The notes below the pieces were generated by a model that saw only the letters and a list, made by a program, of their open reading frames with translations, searched no databases and had not been told where the DNA came from. A stretch of DNA of 64,000 bases, taken from NCBI GenBank assembly GCA_030704615.1, contig CM060734.1, forward strand, positions 38,502,001 to 38,566,000, given 5' to 3'. Source of the stretch: Takakia lepidozioides (Eukaryota; Plantae; Bryophyta). The translations under genes were made by a program, and so were the position numbers. Numbering within the stretch: position 1 is the first letter of the stretch; every line of letters starts with the position of its first letter. Below, piece after piece: positions 61,648-64,000 of the stretch.

Positions 61648-63871
61648 TTAGCGAACTAATAACCAAGTTAATGAGCGTGCATACAACATACGTGCTGCGA
61701 GACTGATGCCCACAGCCAAAGTCGCCGCAATGAGGAGCAATGGGGGCCTCCCTTTCCTTGGCCTAACCACCTCCTCCTCTTCCTCCTGTCGTAGGGGTGC
61801 CTTCCAGTTGGCGTAGACTGCCAATGCTAGAAACAAAGCAAACACCAGAGCTTGTAAGCTTGGTTCAGAGATGGACACAAGTGTCACTGTAGCTGGCATT
61901 AACCCTGACACCAGGTCTGCTTTTTGGACAAGAAACAGGAACACAGTAAGCAGGGCTAAACTGAGAAGTACTCCCCCTGGGGGTAGTATCTCCAGTACAC
62001 CAGCCAGCCCCAGTACCATTGCAATCCTCACCCAATGAGGTTGCAAACCCTTCACTCTAGCTGTAGTAACATCCCCCACGCTGAGGACTGCCGAGGCCAG
62101 AAGCACTGAAATTAACAGAGGTTGCACAGGGGTGGATTCCACAATGAAGTAGTAGAGATCCCCAGCTGCCATAACTGCCCATCCGGCAAAAGTGACCAAC
62201 ACTTCTATGGGCACTGCTGCAGCATTTATGACTGCTCCAAGACCCACCTGCAAGCATTGAAAGACTCGGTTGGTATCAAGATAGTTTTAAAATTTTACCA
62301 CCTCATCCAAGACATTCACATGTGTGGTAGTCGCCATAACTGTGTGAAGACCAGAGGGGAGGTTTGGCTTTAGCCAAAGTTTATCCTCTGTGACTTCCCT
62401 ACAGTGATAAGCTTCACTCAAGCACTCTAAGGTGCTGAGTATGAGATGGCTCCCTCTGTCAAATGATGTCTTCTTATTATTTTCCCTTCTGGATGCTTCA
62501 GCTCTTGAAAGGTCGTTTGAAACTCAGTGCAAAGAGGAGGGAGAGAGAAGCTCTGCCTGGCAAGCATATCATTGGCCCCAGTGCAGCACAGTATAAGAGT
62601 CAACGTGTGAAACAGTGGAACACTTCCTTTCACTAAATCAGTTTCAGCCCTGCACCTGTAGAATCAAGGGTAAGACATATCTCATAACTACACATTTGAA
62701 GCCATAGATTATGAGGTTGTGTTGGTCCCACTTTGATTTTCAATCGCCCTTTGCAGAGAAAGCATCCCTCATTCCATTGTAACGATGGCTGGCAAGATGG
62801 CAGATCTAGGTTAAGTCCCAGATGCAAAATGGAAATTTGACAATACTCACCGTTAATGCTTCAGCTACAACGAGGGCCAAATGGCTGGACCACAATACCC
62901 AATGGGCTACCTCTCTTACAATGCTGGCACGCATTAAGACTACCGCCGCCAAAGCTGCCAATCCACAACAGCACCCAGAGTTAGTTCTTGCTGGCATGTA
63001 CAACAATCATGCGAGCAGCGAAGGATATCCTCCTGCAACCCGAAGAACCTTATTCCAAGAACTCTTGCGGCTGGCGGTCACGTACCTTTCCGTAGATGAC
63101 TCCCCAAAATACCCATTTATTGTTGCAAAAATGATTGACAATTTCATTGATCATATCCGGAAACTCATCTTTCCGGTCATCTTTTTTGGCAACATCCTGT
63201 CAGTATTTGCAATACTCCTCTCTCAGACAGGGCCTGTTACCTCATGACGACGCAAGTCCCATTCCAGTGGACGCCACAAAGAGCTCGGCAACAAGAAGGA
63301 AGCAATGTAAAACACTGTCCATCGTACATTGATGCGACTACTGACAAGTTTTTCTCGTTGCCCTCTTCCCCACTGCCTTTCTATGTACCTCTATGTCAAT
63401 TGCGCAGTCAGTCAAAACAAGATAGAAGGAAAGGCGAAACACCAGGTGGAATGAGGTCATACCTGCCGCCCAGAATAGGTAATTCGGACTTTCAACAGGG
63501 GGCTTTGATAATTCCTTAAAGAAGGGCGGTAACCTGGTCTGTTCTTCCACATCCGCACCAGCTGCTGGCTCCTCCGCTTTACCATATGTACTGGAAGCTG
63601 TTGGGCCCTCAGCGAACCCTAGTCCAAGAAACCGTCTTTTTGAGTGAGAGAATGCAAGGAATCGCGTCGACACGAGCCTCTGCTGAACCACACTTCCCGG
63701 GTCTTGTAGGCATTGTTTCCCGGGATTGCGATGCAGCGAATGAGTATTGAGGGAGGAAAATGTGCTGTTGGCCTTTACACGGATACTATGGGGACGAGCG
63801 GAAGGTCGAGGAGGGGCAGAGATGGGCCCAGCCCTGCTGAGCGCGCTTGGGCGCACCAGCCCGGCAGCCAT
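61648..63871 (-). CDS. plastid-targeted multi-pass membrane protein (resembles the Arabidopsis EMB1273 family, from memory)
   Basis: transit-peptide-like exon 63463-63871; middle exon about 62851-62954 (LAAVVLMRASIVREVAHW...); last exon 61648-62247 with several TM helices ending LAVGISLAARMLYARSLTWLLVR. Confidence 0.7.
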
Positions 63872-64000
63872 AGCCAGCACTCGCAGAGCTTCTCGGGTTC
63901 AGGGGGTTTGACGGATGAGCTGCTGAGAGGCCGAAACAATCGACGAACGAAAACGTTGCCGGAAATTGACGAAACATAAACGAGGAGCGGAAAACTGACG

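Overview
Eukaryotic nuclear DNA from a land plant, probably bryophyte-grade (inferred from compact GT-AG introns, PLS-type PPR remnants and a rehydrin-like 1-Cys Prx; species not determinable). Seven host genes: SNAPC4/MYB4R1-like 4R-MYB (-), organellar IF2 (+), DGK5-like diacylglycerol kinase (+, with a nonsense codon at the end of exon 1), a ZYP1 synaptonemal transverse-filament gene (+), 1-Cys peroxiredoxin (-), GPN1/QQT2 GTPase (-) and a plastid-type membrane protein (-). Around them lie many TEs: a piggyBac-like TTAA element, Helitrons, a MULE, hAT elements, RTE-X-like 3' ends with (CATTT)n tails, and a full-length chromodomain Ty3/gypsy inserted in an L1-type LINE. There are also carboxylesterase and PPR pseudogene fragments. 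The most striking feature is ZYP1. One conserved coiled-coil segment is amplified into an array of symmetric phase-0 exons (9 intact 129-nt A exons, 6 B exons of 150-153 nt and one dead copy). This predicts an extra-long transverse filament whose length might be tunable by splicing. Exon coordinates and homology calls were made by eye and from recalled family motifs; no searches were run.
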